This document shows positions 9,538 through 17,470 of a DNA stretch of 32,000 nt, one piece after another. The notes beneath the pieces were generated by a model. The model saw only the letters and a program-made list of their open reading frames with translations, had not been told where the DNA came from and did not search any database. Source of the DNA: Candidatus Bathyarchaeota archaeon (GTDB lineage Archaea; Thermoproteota; Bathyarchaeia; Hecatellales; Hecatellaceae). The stretch is taken from positions 268,732-300,731 of the forward strand of contig JBQPWD010000001.1 of NCBI GenBank assembly GCA_052246995.1, in the 5' to 3' direction. The position numbers were made by a program, and so were the translations under genes. Each line of letters begins with the position of its first letter. The first letter of the stretch is position 1.

Positions 9538-9996
9538 TTGAGTATTGCTGAAGCAACAAGATCAGCACGTATCTTAGATTTGAACAGTCGGCTGAAGCTT
9601 GAATACGAAATCGTTAAAAAGTACAATCCGCCAGTAAGACCTGCATTAGACCCAGAATTTGCGTTAACAATCCAGCTATATTCCCTTAACCCTTATGATG
9701 TGGGTAGCTTTTTAGGATACCCCTATTGTTGCGTAAAAAGTTTTGTAGAAGAATGTAGACAATTTTTTGATAAAAAGCATTTTGAAGAGCTTAAACATCT
9801 TAAACGTAAACAAGTTAGCGTTATATTAACAGCCGGGTTTGTGCCATGTAGCCTAAATTGTATTAATGCTATGAACGCGGCTTTAATAAGTCATTTAACG
9901 GACACCTCGTTGATTAAGAAGATGGATGAAGAGCTTAAGGTGTATTTACCCCATCATCATCCAGCCTATCAAAGTTTTTTTGAAGAACTAGCTTAA
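9538..9996 (+). CDS. Cys-rich protein with GYPYCC and PCSLNC motifs (DUF483-like by recall); the true start is probably upstream
   Basis: 152 aa from the first canonical start (TTG 9538, no SD). The same frame is open for 48 further codons back to 9394. It sits immediately downstream of ycaO, where tfuA sits in many methanogens. Confidence 0.6.
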   Translation: MSIAEATRSARILDLNSRLKLEYEIVKKYNPPVRPALDPEFALTIQLYSLNPYDVGSFLGYPYCCVKSFVEECRQFFDKKHFEELKHLKRKQVSVILTAGFVPCSLNCINAMNAALISHLTDTSLIKKMDEELKVYLPHHHPAYQSFFEELA

Positions 9997-10213
9997 AAGT
10001 AACTCGTTTACCACAAACAACTAATAACACCATTAAAAGTACATTTATCCAGAAAATCTAGGATAAGAGGTAGCATACCACACCTTACAAGTTTTTATCA
10101 TTCTCATCTAAAAACTATAAACCGCAAACAAAAAATTTAAATTAAGTCTCAAAGCTTAAACAATAATCAAAACTAGAAGTAGCTTCTGTGAGGCATTAAA
10201 AAGGTCGAGAATT

Positions 10214-10750
10214 TTGAGGCTGTTACATAAAGTTCTCAAGGCTGGATTTTGTGAAGAAGTAATTAATAGAGGGTCAAACTTTTTCTCAAAGGAAAATATT
10301 CAAACTCTTAGGGCTTGCATGCAGTGTGGAACATGCGTAGGAGGTTGCCCATCTGGCAGACGAACAGCATGGCGTATTAGAGAAATATTTGGAAAGGTTT
10401 TAGCCGGATTTGAAGATGAAGCCTTAAAAGACGAAAATTTATGGCAGTGCACAACCTGTTATACTTGTCAAGAACGTTGTCCAAGAAAAGTTATGACCAC
10501 AGATATTGTAAGGGTTTTAAGAAATATTGCTGTGGAGAAGGGCTACATGAATAAAAACCATCTCAGGGTTTGTGAACTTCTTTTTAAACATGGACATGCT
10601 GTTCCAATAGATGAAAAAACAAAAGAAGTAAGAAAAAAGCTAGGCTTAGATGAAACTCCTCCAACGGTTCATAAATATCCTGAAGCTTTAAATGAAGTTA
10701 TACTTCTTGTTAACGAAACAGGATTTAAACTGAAGGTTAAGAGGGATTAA
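10214..10750 (+). CDS. hdrC: Heterodisulfide reductase subunit C
   Basis: 178 aa with two 4Fe-4S ferredoxin motifs, CMQCGTCVGGCP and CTTCYTCQERCP. It lies directly upstream of hdrB. The start is TTG. Confidence 0.9.
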   Translation: MRLLHKVLKAGFCEEVINRGSNFFSKENIQTLRACMQCGTCVGGCPSGRRTAWRIREIFGKVLAGFEDEALKDENLWQCTTCYTCQERCPRKVMTTDIVRVLRNIAVEKGYMNKNHLRVCELLFKHGHAVPIDEKTKEVRKKLGLDETPPTVHKYPEALNEVILLVNETGFKLKVKRD

Positions 10751-10751
10751 A

Positions 10752-11633
10752 ATGAAAGCTTACGCGTATTTTCTTGGATGTATAACTCCAAACAGGTATC
10801 CTGGAATAGAGTATTCAGCAATAGAGGTTCTTAAAAATTTTGAAGTTGAATTAAAACCTATGCATGGCACCTCCTGCTGTCCAGCTCCAGGTGTTTTTGG
10901 GTCTTTTGATTTATGGAATTGGCTTGTTTTAGCCGCTAGAAATATAAGTATAGCTGAAGATATGGGACTAGATATAGCGGTTACGTGTAACGGTTGTTAT
11001 GGAACGCTTCAAGAAGCAAACCATATACTTCAGCATAATTCTGAGCTAAAAGGGAAAGTTAACAATCTTCTCGGGAAGGTGAACAAAGTTTACAGGGGAA
11101 CTGTTAAGGTTATTCATGTTATAGAAATTCTGTATAAAGTTATTGGGTTAAAAGCAATAGAAAGTAGGGTTGTAAAACCTTTAAAAAATGTTAAAGTTGC
11201 AGTCCACTATGGATGCCACTTCCTTAAACCAAGCGAGATGAGAGGTCAAGGTTCCCCTGAAAAACCAACAATGCTTGATGAGCTTGTGGAAGCTTTAGGT
11301 GCTCAGAGCGTGGATTATAAAGATAAGCTCATGTGTTGTGGTGCTGGTGGTGGTGTCCGGGCGGGGAATATTGAAACAGCTTTGGATATGACTAAAGATA
11401 AGATTAAAGCTATGCTTGATGCTGGTGCTGACTGTGTTGTAACACCATGTGCTTTCTGCCACCTACAATTTGATAGAGGCCAGGTAGAGTTGGCAGCCAA
11501 AATAAAACGTGAATACGGTTTACCTGTTGTTTTCATAACTCAGCTTGTAGGTTTAGCTTTGGGTATAACTCCTGAAAAACTGGGCTTGCTGGATAATGCA
11601 ATTAGTGTGGAGAAACTTTTAAAGAAACTATAA
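10752..11633 (+). CDS. hdrB: Heterodisulfide reductase subunit B
   Basis: 293 aa with two CCG domains (SCCPAPG...CNGCYG and MCCGAGGG...PCAFCHLQFD). It starts 1 nt after the hdrC stop. Confidence 0.92.
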   Translation: MKAYAYFLGCITPNRYPGIEYSAIEVLKNFEVELKPMHGTSCCPAPGVFGSFDLWNWLVLAARNISIAEDMGLDIAVTCNGCYGTLQEANHILQHNSELKGKVNNLLGKVNKVYRGTVKVIHVIEILYKVIGLKAIESRVVKPLKNVKVAVHYGCHFLKPSEMRGQGSPEKPTMLDELVEALGAQSVDYKDKLMCCGAGGGVRAGNIETALDMTKDKIKAMLDAGADCVVTPCAFCHLQFDRGQVELAAKIKREYGLPVVFITQLVGLALGITPEKLGLLDNAISVEKLLKKL

Positions 11634-11689
11634 AAAGCCCTCACATAAAACATGAAAACTTCCTTAGAAAGTAACAAAAACAAGCAGTT

Positions 11690-11998
11690 TTATGGAAGCG
11701 AATTTCGTACTTCGTAAAGAAGCCATCTTTTAATGGATGGAGTGTTTTCCGAAGCTTGTGGTAGAAGTTTACAAGGGTAATTTTTACACTCATAACAAAA
11801 CTTTAGACCATTTTTCTTTACACAACATAAGTATATTTCACAGTTAACTTTTATGCCATTTTTAGTTCTACAACCAAAACATTTATCTTCACCTATAACT
11901 CCCAACCATTCCAAGTCGCCTTTAATTCTAGTGTTTTTAACGGTTGATAGGTAAACCGGACATAACGTGCAATTTAAACCGCAAGGGGCAACATCCAA
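11690..11998 (-). CDS. Cys-rich DUF3795-like protein
   Basis: 102 aa with the pattern CGLNCTLCPVY...CFGC...C.IYLCC...G..FCYECKNYPC, typical of DUF3795 by recall. The start is TTG. Confidence 0.65.
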   Translation of the reverse strand: MDVAPCGLNCTLCPVYLSTVKNTRIKGDLEWLGVIGEDKCFGCRTKNGIKVNCEIYLCCVKKNGLKFCYECKNYPCKLLPQASENTPSIKRWLLYEVRNSLP

Positions 11999-12100
11999 TG
12001 TGCATCCCCCGTTTTAGCTTAATCATGCCAGTATTTAAATTAAAACTGGATAGTTAAAATGATTACTATGTCAAGTTTCTCTCATTATTGTTTAAAAAGC

Positions 12101-12514
12101 TTAAATTAACCTTTTTCCTGCTTCAGGTCCAGGTTTAACAGTGTAAACTTCCTCAACCTTTATTAGCACACCTGCTTTAGTTTTTAATTTAGGCATTTTA
12201 GATTTAACCCACATCACAACATCCTCATACTCCTTCCCAGAGGTGAATATCTTTGCAGAACCCTTAACTTGGTAACCATCTCTTGTTTCAGGATCCCAGA
12301 ATGTTACTGACACATGAGGATTTTCCTCCAAATTTTTTCTTGTTTTTTGGAAGAAGTTATCCGCTACAAGCAAATGCTCATCATCATAAAGCTTTACGAA
12401 TATTATTGGCACCGCGTTAGGTATTCCTGTCTTACTTGACGTTGCAATGGTTACACAAGCCTTCCCAATAGCCTTCTCCAAGACTGCTTTAACTTCATTA
12501 GGAAGCTTAACCAT
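12101..12514 (-). CDS. Pyridoxamine 5'-phosphate oxidase-like FMN-binding split-barrel protein
   Basis: 137 aa. The motifs ATSSKTGIPNAVPI, LVADNFF.KT..NL.ENP.VSV and G.QVKG are typical of small archaeal PNPOx-family flavoproteins. Confidence 0.75.
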   Translation of the reverse strand: MVKLPNEVKAVLEKAIGKACVTIATSSKTGIPNAVPIIFVKLYDDEHLLVADNFFQKTRKNLEENPHVSVTFWDPETRDGYQVKGSAKIFTSGKEYEDVVMWVKSKMPKLKTKAGVLIKVEEVYTVKPGPEAGKRLI

Positions 12515-12912
12515 GGTAGCATCACTTCAAAATTAACAGATAACTGCTTACAATTTTATTGTAAACCTGAACGTTTATAATAAAGTTTTCCAAACTTGTT
12601 GGCTCTCTTCAAAAGTTTTACGTCATAGTTAGCAGTTTCAGGATGGATAGGTGGTACAAATTTAAACGGACATTAAATTTTGTGGTTGTCTCAAGAACGT
12701 GTAATAAATGTAGGAGCTTGGATTTTCCCAGAAAAAGGATAGAAAGGGCAAACGCTTACGTGTATATGCAAAGGAAAATTCATGAACAACTTACATTAGC
12801 CGCCTAAAAATTGTGGCAGAATGTTACCGTAAATCTTAATAAAACCCTAGCGACATAATTTGGATAAAGAACAAAAACCATGTAAAAAATACGTTAAAAA
12901 CTCAATATTTAA

Positions 12913-12999
12913 GGGCCGGTCGTCTAGATGGTTAGGATCTCCGCCTGACAAATTTTCAGGAAGCGCGGAGGGTCGCAGGTTCGAGCCCTGCCCGGCCCA
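12913..12999 (+). tRNA. tRNA-Val (anticodon GAC) with a 13-nt intron at the canonical 37/38 position (12951-12963)
   Basis: Hand-folded cloverleaf. The acceptor stem is GGGCCGG/CCGGCCC and the D arm is GTCT/GGAT with A14 and G18G19. The anticodon stem is TCCGC/GCGGA and the loop is CTGACA|intron|C. The T arm is GCAGG-TTCGAGC-CCTGC and the discriminator is A. Stems are all G:C or G:U. CC, not CCA, follows the discriminator. Confidence 0.9.
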
Positions 13000-13355
13000 C
13001 CTAAACTTTTTACGTTAAATTCCTAAAGTTATAAAGAAAAGCTACTTGGAAGAAAATCTAACAAGATGATAAGCTAGAGCTTTATGAGAAGGAGCTGAAA
13101 AACTAGAAGAAAGAAAATAAACCAGAATGCAAAAAATGAAGGGTATTTCACCAACGAATAGTGTTACAAACACTTTATCATTGAAAATTGATAACGGTTA
13201 GGAAGTTTTAAGTTTCTTCTTCAAAGAACATCACGTGTAGAATAAATTCACTTCTTGCTAAACTGCTAAACTATTTTTGGAAAATTTTAAAGCAAAGATT
13301 TTGTTATATCTTTTTTTTAGCGTGAATTTTAGGCGTTGGTGGAGGTGAGAGTAAG

Positions 13356-13736
13356 ATAGGCTACATAGGTAGACATTTAATCGTTGAATTTTTTAATTGT
13401 GATTTTGACATTATTAACGATGAAAAATTTTTAGAAAGTGTTTTGGTCAGAGGTTTAAGCGAAGCTGGAGGAAGAATAATATGGAAGTTTTTTTACAAAT
13501 TTCGCCCTCATGGAGTTACGGGGGTTATCTTAATTGCTGAATCTCACTTATCACTTCATACATGGCCTGAAAAAGGCTATGTTGCAATTGATATTTTTAC
13601 TTGCGGATCTAGGATGGATCCGTGGAAAGCCTATAAAAGAATTGTTGAGGAAATTAAGCCTAAAAGGGTTAGAGTTTTAGAGCTGAAGAGAGGGGTTCTT
13701 CATAAACCAAAAATTGTTGAGGAGAGTCTTGGTTGA
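13356..13736 (+). CDS. speH: S-adenosylmethionine decarboxylase proenzyme (pyruvoyl, SpeH type); the start codon is apparently non-canonical
   Basis: GVTGVILIAESHLSLHTWPEKGYVAIDIFTCG includes the ES|H self-cleavage site. The conserved N-terminus IGRHLIVEFFNCD is encoded in frame upstream of the ORF-track start (13443). There is no ATG/GTG/TTG back to the stop at 13323. ATA at 13356 lies 7 nt after GGAGGTGA. Confidence 0.85.
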   Translation: MGYIGRHLIVEFFNCDFDIINDEKFLESVLVRGLSEAGGRIIWKFFYKFRPHGVTGVILIAESHLSLHTWPEKGYVAIDIFTCGSRMDPWKAYKRIVEEIKPKRVRVLELKRGVLHKPKIVEESLG

Positions 13737-14647
13737 GGAGTGGTGGTGTCTGGTATTCTGAAAATTTAACAGAGACGGCTTTTATTCAATGTAAAGTAAG
13801 AAGGTTAATTTTTTCAGGTGAAACTCTATACCAAAAAGTTGAGGTTATTGATACGTACGATTACGGTAAATGCTTAATTCTTGATGGTAAACTCCAATCT
13901 TCGCTTAGAGATGAATGGGTTTACCATGAAGCTATTACACATCCTGCTCTTTTAACCCATCCTAACCCATCTAACATACTTATTATTGGTGGTGGTGAGG
14001 GAGGGGTCTTAAGGGAAGTTTTAAAGCATAATACTGTTTCCTCGGTGGTAATGGTTGATCTTGATAGAGACGTGGTGGAAATCGCAAAAAAATACTTAAG
14101 AGAAATATGTGGAGATTCATTTGAGGATAAAAGAGTTAAGCTTCTCTTTGAGGATGGTAGAAACTTTCTTACAGGTCAACCTAACAACATCTACGATGTA
14201 ATCATCATTGATGTAACAGACCCATTAGAGGAAGGGCCATCTTACCTCCTTTACACGAAGGAGTTTTACACCATAGTTTATGAGAAGCTAAACAGTGAAG
14301 GTTTAATGGTTACCCAAGCAACTTCTATTTTTCACAGTTTAAACTGCTTTTCAAGAATATATCGGACTGTCAGCCTAATCTTCCCATTAACTAAGGCATA
14401 TAGAGCTGAGGTTGCATCCTATTCGTCTCCTTGGGGATTCATTTTGGGTTCAAAAAAATTTGACCCTGAAGCTTTAACAGTAGATGAGGTTGACAAAAGG
14501 CTTAAGTTAAGAGGTATTGAAGACCTAAAGTTTTATGATGGAAAAACACATCAATCTATTTTTAACCTACCTAAACATTTAAGAAAAAAGCTTGGTGAAG
14601 AAAAAGAAGTAGTTACTGACGAAAACCCAGCTTTCATGGTTAAGTAA
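13733..14647 (+). CDS. speE: Spermidine synthase (aminopropyltransferase)
   Basis: 304 aa with LILDG..Q....DE..YHE...HP, ILIIGGGEGG..REVLKH, VVMVDLD and IIIDVTDP motifs. The TTG start overlaps the speH stop (TTGA). Confidence 0.92.
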   Translation: MRSGGVWYSENLTETAFIQCKVRRLIFSGETLYQKVEVIDTYDYGKCLILDGKLQSSLRDEWVYHEAITHPALLTHPNPSNILIIGGGEGGVLREVLKHNTVSSVVMVDLDRDVVEIAKKYLREICGDSFEDKRVKLLFEDGRNFLTGQPNNIYDVIIIDVTDPLEEGPSYLLYTKEFYTIVYEKLNSEGLMVTQATSIFHSLNCFSRIYRTVSLIFPLTKAYRAEVASYSSPWGFILGSKKFDPEALTVDEVDKRLKLRGIEDLKFYDGKTHQSIFNLPKHLRKKLGEEKEVVTDENPAFMVK

Positions 14648-14682
14648 GACGCAACTTCTTTTTCTAGAACAAGAATAGTAAA

Positions 14683-14806
14683 GGGCTCACAGCACCACCG
14701 CTTCCCACCCCCTTTCGGAGAGTAGTACAACGAGCGGCGTCTTCAGGATTCACTTCCGGGTTCTGATGGGACCGGGTCTTACCCCGAAGACTGTGGCCGT
14801 GAGCCC
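14683..14806 (-). rRNA. rrf: 5S ribosomal RNA, not linked to 16S/23S within this window
   Basis: The reverse complement reads GGGCTCACGGCCACAG...CCCGGTCCCATCAGAACCCGGAAGTGAATCC...GTACTACTCTCCGAAAGGGGGTGGGAAGCGG...GTGAGCCC. It has the conserved archaeal loop C/helix III block (CCCGG...GAACCCGGAAGT.AA.CC), the GTACT...GGGAA loop E region and pairing termini. It is a GC-rich island in AT-rich DNA. Confidence 0.9.
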
Positions 14807-14827
14807 ATAGTTGTTAAGTTAAATGGG

Positions 14828-14837
14828 TTAAAATAAG
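14828..14837 (-). promoter_or_regulatory. Candidate TATA box for the 5S rRNA gene
   Basis: Minus-strand CTTATTTTAA is centred about 27 nt upstream of the inferred 5S 5' end (14806). Confidence 0.35.
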
Positions 14838-14929
14838 TTTTTCCCCATTTTAAACAAATATAAAGCTTTATTTACTTGATTTCTTTTTTGTTGTTTGTGT
14901 AGTAAGCGTTTATGTGGTGTTAGTTAAAG

Positions 14930-16057
14930 ATGCCCCCCCTTTCAGAGCTGTTTGGTGAGCAGCCAAGCATAATTAACTGGGTTATTCAAGCGGTATTTTT
15001 GGCTTTCATATTTGTATACATTTTTTATGGTCAAAGATTGCAAATGGCTTTATGGGCCAGAGATGTTGAAAGGTCTCTTTACAAAATTAAAGCTCTTAGA
15101 GATAAAGCTAGGGAGATTTCAATATCAACCGTTAAAGAACTTGGCAAACCTGAAATCGACCCCACCCAAAGAATAGACCAATTTTTAGAAAGGTTCTTTA
15201 TTGAGCCTGTAAGCTTAGACCCTGCTGGAATTGTTTGGAAACTTGACCACCTGCTAAATGTACGTGACTTAAGCATGAAAGATGAAGTTCGCAGACTTGC
15301 TCCCAATGCTGATGAATCGACAATAAATAGCTTGGAAAACTTGCTTGAGGCAGCTGTGGATTTAAACTTTGTTTACCGCTATGTTAGACACTACTACCTT
15401 TTAAGTAAACGTACAAAATCCTACTTCCTACTAGCTCAACTTCAAATGATTATGCCTATAATTTTAGAGCAAGCTCTAGCTTTTGAGGGGGCTATTCAAG
15501 CTTTTTCTAAGGGTCAACCTATAGGTGACGGTGCTGGTGCTTTGGTTGCAAATAAGCTAGCTCGTGGTGTGGAATGGAAAAAGATTGAAAAGGATATGAT
15601 TTTTGCTGAAACAAGCATTGATGGCAGAAAAGTTTACGCATTAAAAGCTGAGGGTCCAGGTGGAAATGTAGGTAAACCTGGTGATGCCATTGCAGCTTTG
15701 ATAGAAAATGCTATAGCGTCAGGTTTAGGTAAACCTTCACTTATCATAATGGTTGATGCCGCATTAAAATTTGAGGGTGAAAAAACTGGTGATGTTGCTG
15801 AAGGAATTGGAGCTGCTATTGGCGGTATTGGTGTTGAAAAGTTTAAGATTGAGGAAGTTGCAAACAAATATAAAATTCCATTGTTTGCTGTTGTTATAAA
15901 GGAATCTTTAAAAGAGGCTATTTCTCCTATGAGAAAGGATATTTATGAAGGTGTTGAAAAGGCTTTAGAAAGGATAAAGCGTATAATTAATGAAAATACC
16001 AAGGAAGGAGATACTGTAATAGTTGCAGGGATAGGGAATACTATAGGTATAGCGTAA
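14930..16057 (+). CDS. Conserved archaeal protein of unknown function, DUF1512-like (N-terminal TM helix plus Gly-rich C-terminal domain)
   Basis: 375 aa with one N-terminal TM helix. It has a helical middle and a C-terminal domain with GDGAGALVA, GPGGNVGKPGDA and IGAAIGGIG motifs. The family call is from recall only. Confidence 0.6.
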   Translation: MPPLSELFGEQPSIINWVIQAVFLAFIFVYIFYGQRLQMALWARDVERSLYKIKALRDKAREISISTVKELGKPEIDPTQRIDQFLERFFIEPVSLDPAGIVWKLDHLLNVRDLSMKDEVRRLAPNADESTINSLENLLEAAVDLNFVYRYVRHYYLLSKRTKSYFLLAQLQMIMPIILEQALAFEGAIQAFSKGQPIGDGAGALVANKLARGVEWKKIEKDMIFAETSIDGRKVYALKAEGPGGNVGKPGDAIAALIENAIASGLGKPSLIIMVDAALKFEGEKTGDVAEGIGAAIGGIGVEKFKIEEVANKYKIPLFAVVIKESLKEAISPMRKDIYEGVEKALERIKRIINENTKEGDTVIVAGIGNTIGIA

Positions 16058-16072
16058 GCAAATGGTGAGAAA

Positions 16073-16471
16073 TTGAGTGAAAAAAATAAGAATCCTCTAA
16101 AGAAGTTTTTCCAAGTTTTCATAGTAATGGTCTTTATAGTCTTTTTATACATCTTTTTTCTGGAATTTTTTTCTATTCCTGTAAACCAGAATGAGTATAT
16201 TCTAACTTTGCTAAGCATTTTTCTATTGTTAATACTCTTTACATTGCTTACAAGAAGCTTAACAAAAGCTCAACCTAAACCTCCGCAAAAGATTTTAACT
16301 CTTATTCAATGCACAAAATGCGCCTTTAAAAGTGTTAGAGACTTTCAAATTGGAGATTATATACCTAAAGTTATAGGTTCTTGTCCAAACTGTGGAAGCA
16401 CGTTCCAGATTGAGGCGATATATGTAGAAGAACCTGTTAAAAAAGAATCAAAAGAGCCTTTAACATTTTAA
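16073..16471 (+). CDS. Membrane-anchored zinc-ribbon protein, hypothetical
   Basis: 132 aa with two N-terminal TM helices followed by CTKC...(21 aa)...CPNCG. The TTG start is preceded by GGTGAG and lies 15 nt downstream of the DUF1512-like gene. Confidence 0.5.
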   Translation: MSEKNKNPLKKFFQVFIVMVFIVFLYIFFLEFFSIPVNQNEYILTLLSIFLLLILFTLLTRSLTKAQPKPPQKILTLIQCTKCAFKSVRDFQIGDYIPKVIGSCPNCGSTFQIEAIYVEEPVKKESKEPLTF

Positions 16472-16474
16472 CCT

Positions 16475-17377
16475 TCAAATTGTTATAACCTCAACCTTAC
16501 CCTTATAAATTATGATGGTGTGCTCTGATTGAGCTACTGGCTGCCTTTTTTTTTCAATTAATGTTGGGTAAGCATAGATATACTTTGACTGGATGAGGTT
16601 GTTGAATGTTACGTGGAAGCTCTTAGCAGGAGAAGCTTTTAAAGCCCAGCGCAAGGCAAATGGTAAGCTATGAAATCTTTTTCTTAAAATGTTAAAAAGA
16701 ATTTTTTCCTCTTCCTCCTTTGGAGGTTTATCTTTTAAAATCCTATAGATGTATCCGTTTGGCCCATTTTCAACTTCACCATAACCTTCCATGGTTGTTG
16801 AGAATGGTTCAATAGCATAAATTTTTCCTTCCTCCATTTTATTGCTGCTCATTAAACAAACATTTGGTATTTGAGTTCCGGCATGAACAGCATATCTTGA
16901 CATTTCATGTCCTGTCAAATTTCTGATGGGTTGAACTCCATATCTTTTAATTGTTTCCTCAATAACCTTACCTACACTAGAAACCCTAACCCCCTCATTA
17001 ACGATCTTTAAAGCTTCTTCTAAAGCATGAATTGTGGCTTCTCTTAAGCTTAAGTACTCAGCGTTAAAGCATATGGTGGTAGCTGTATCAGCTATATATC
17101 CATCGATATGAACTCCAATGTCAACTTTAACCACGGATGCCGTAGGAATAACTTTTAAGTTACTGGGTGGTGAAGTGTAGTGTGCTGCAACCTCATTAAC
17201 ACCAACATTACATGGAAAAGCTGGCTTTCCACCTAAACTTAAAATTTTAGACTCAACCGCCTCACAAATATCAATAATCTTCATTCCTTCTTTAACAAAA
17301 CTCTCAACCCAACCTCTAACCTTTGAAGCTATCTCTCCTGCTTTTCTAAGTTTCTCAACCTCATCCTCCGTAAGCAT
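16475..17377 (-). CDS. map: Methionine aminopeptidase, type 2 (archaeal)
   Basis: 300 aa with AFPCNVGVNEVAAHYTSPP, VKVDIGVHIDGYIADTA, LTGHEM and YAIEPF metal-ligand context. Confidence 0.93.
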   Translation of the reverse strand: MLTEDEVEKLRKAGEIASKVRGWVESFVKEGMKIIDICEAVESKILSLGGKPAFPCNVGVNEVAAHYTSPPSNLKVIPTASVVKVDIGVHIDGYIADTATTICFNAEYLSLREATIHALEEALKIVNEGVRVSSVGKVIEETIKRYGVQPIRNLTGHEMSRYAVHAGTQIPNVCLMSSNKMEEGKIYAIEPFSTTMEGYGEVENGPNGYIYRILKDKPPKEEEEKILFNILRKRFHSLPFALRWALKASPAKSFHVTFNNLIQSKYIYAYPTLIEKKRQPVAQSEHTIIIYKGKVEVITI

Positions 17378-17470
17378 AACCTAAACCATCCAAAATTTAA
17401 ACAAAAATTCTAGTTTAAACTTAGAAAGTTTAACCATTTAAGGTTATAACTCTGTTTAACATAAAATTAG

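Noticed and set aside
12643-12807. 54-aa basic ORF (MDRWYKFKRTLNFVVVSRTCNKCRSLDFPRK...) upstream of tRNA-Val, faintly reminiscent of the ...TSxTCxxCG zinc-finger region of TnpB-type transposon proteins
   Set aside because: It has no SD, only one CxxC, and no flanking inverted repeats or other IS remnants. The similarity is too short to support a mobile-element call.
13061-13105. AGATGATAAGC...GAGCTGAAAA, a possible C/D sRNA downstream of tRNA-Val
   Set aside because: The C box is degenerate (GATGATA). Only one CTGA is present and the spacing is incompatible with 12-nt guides.
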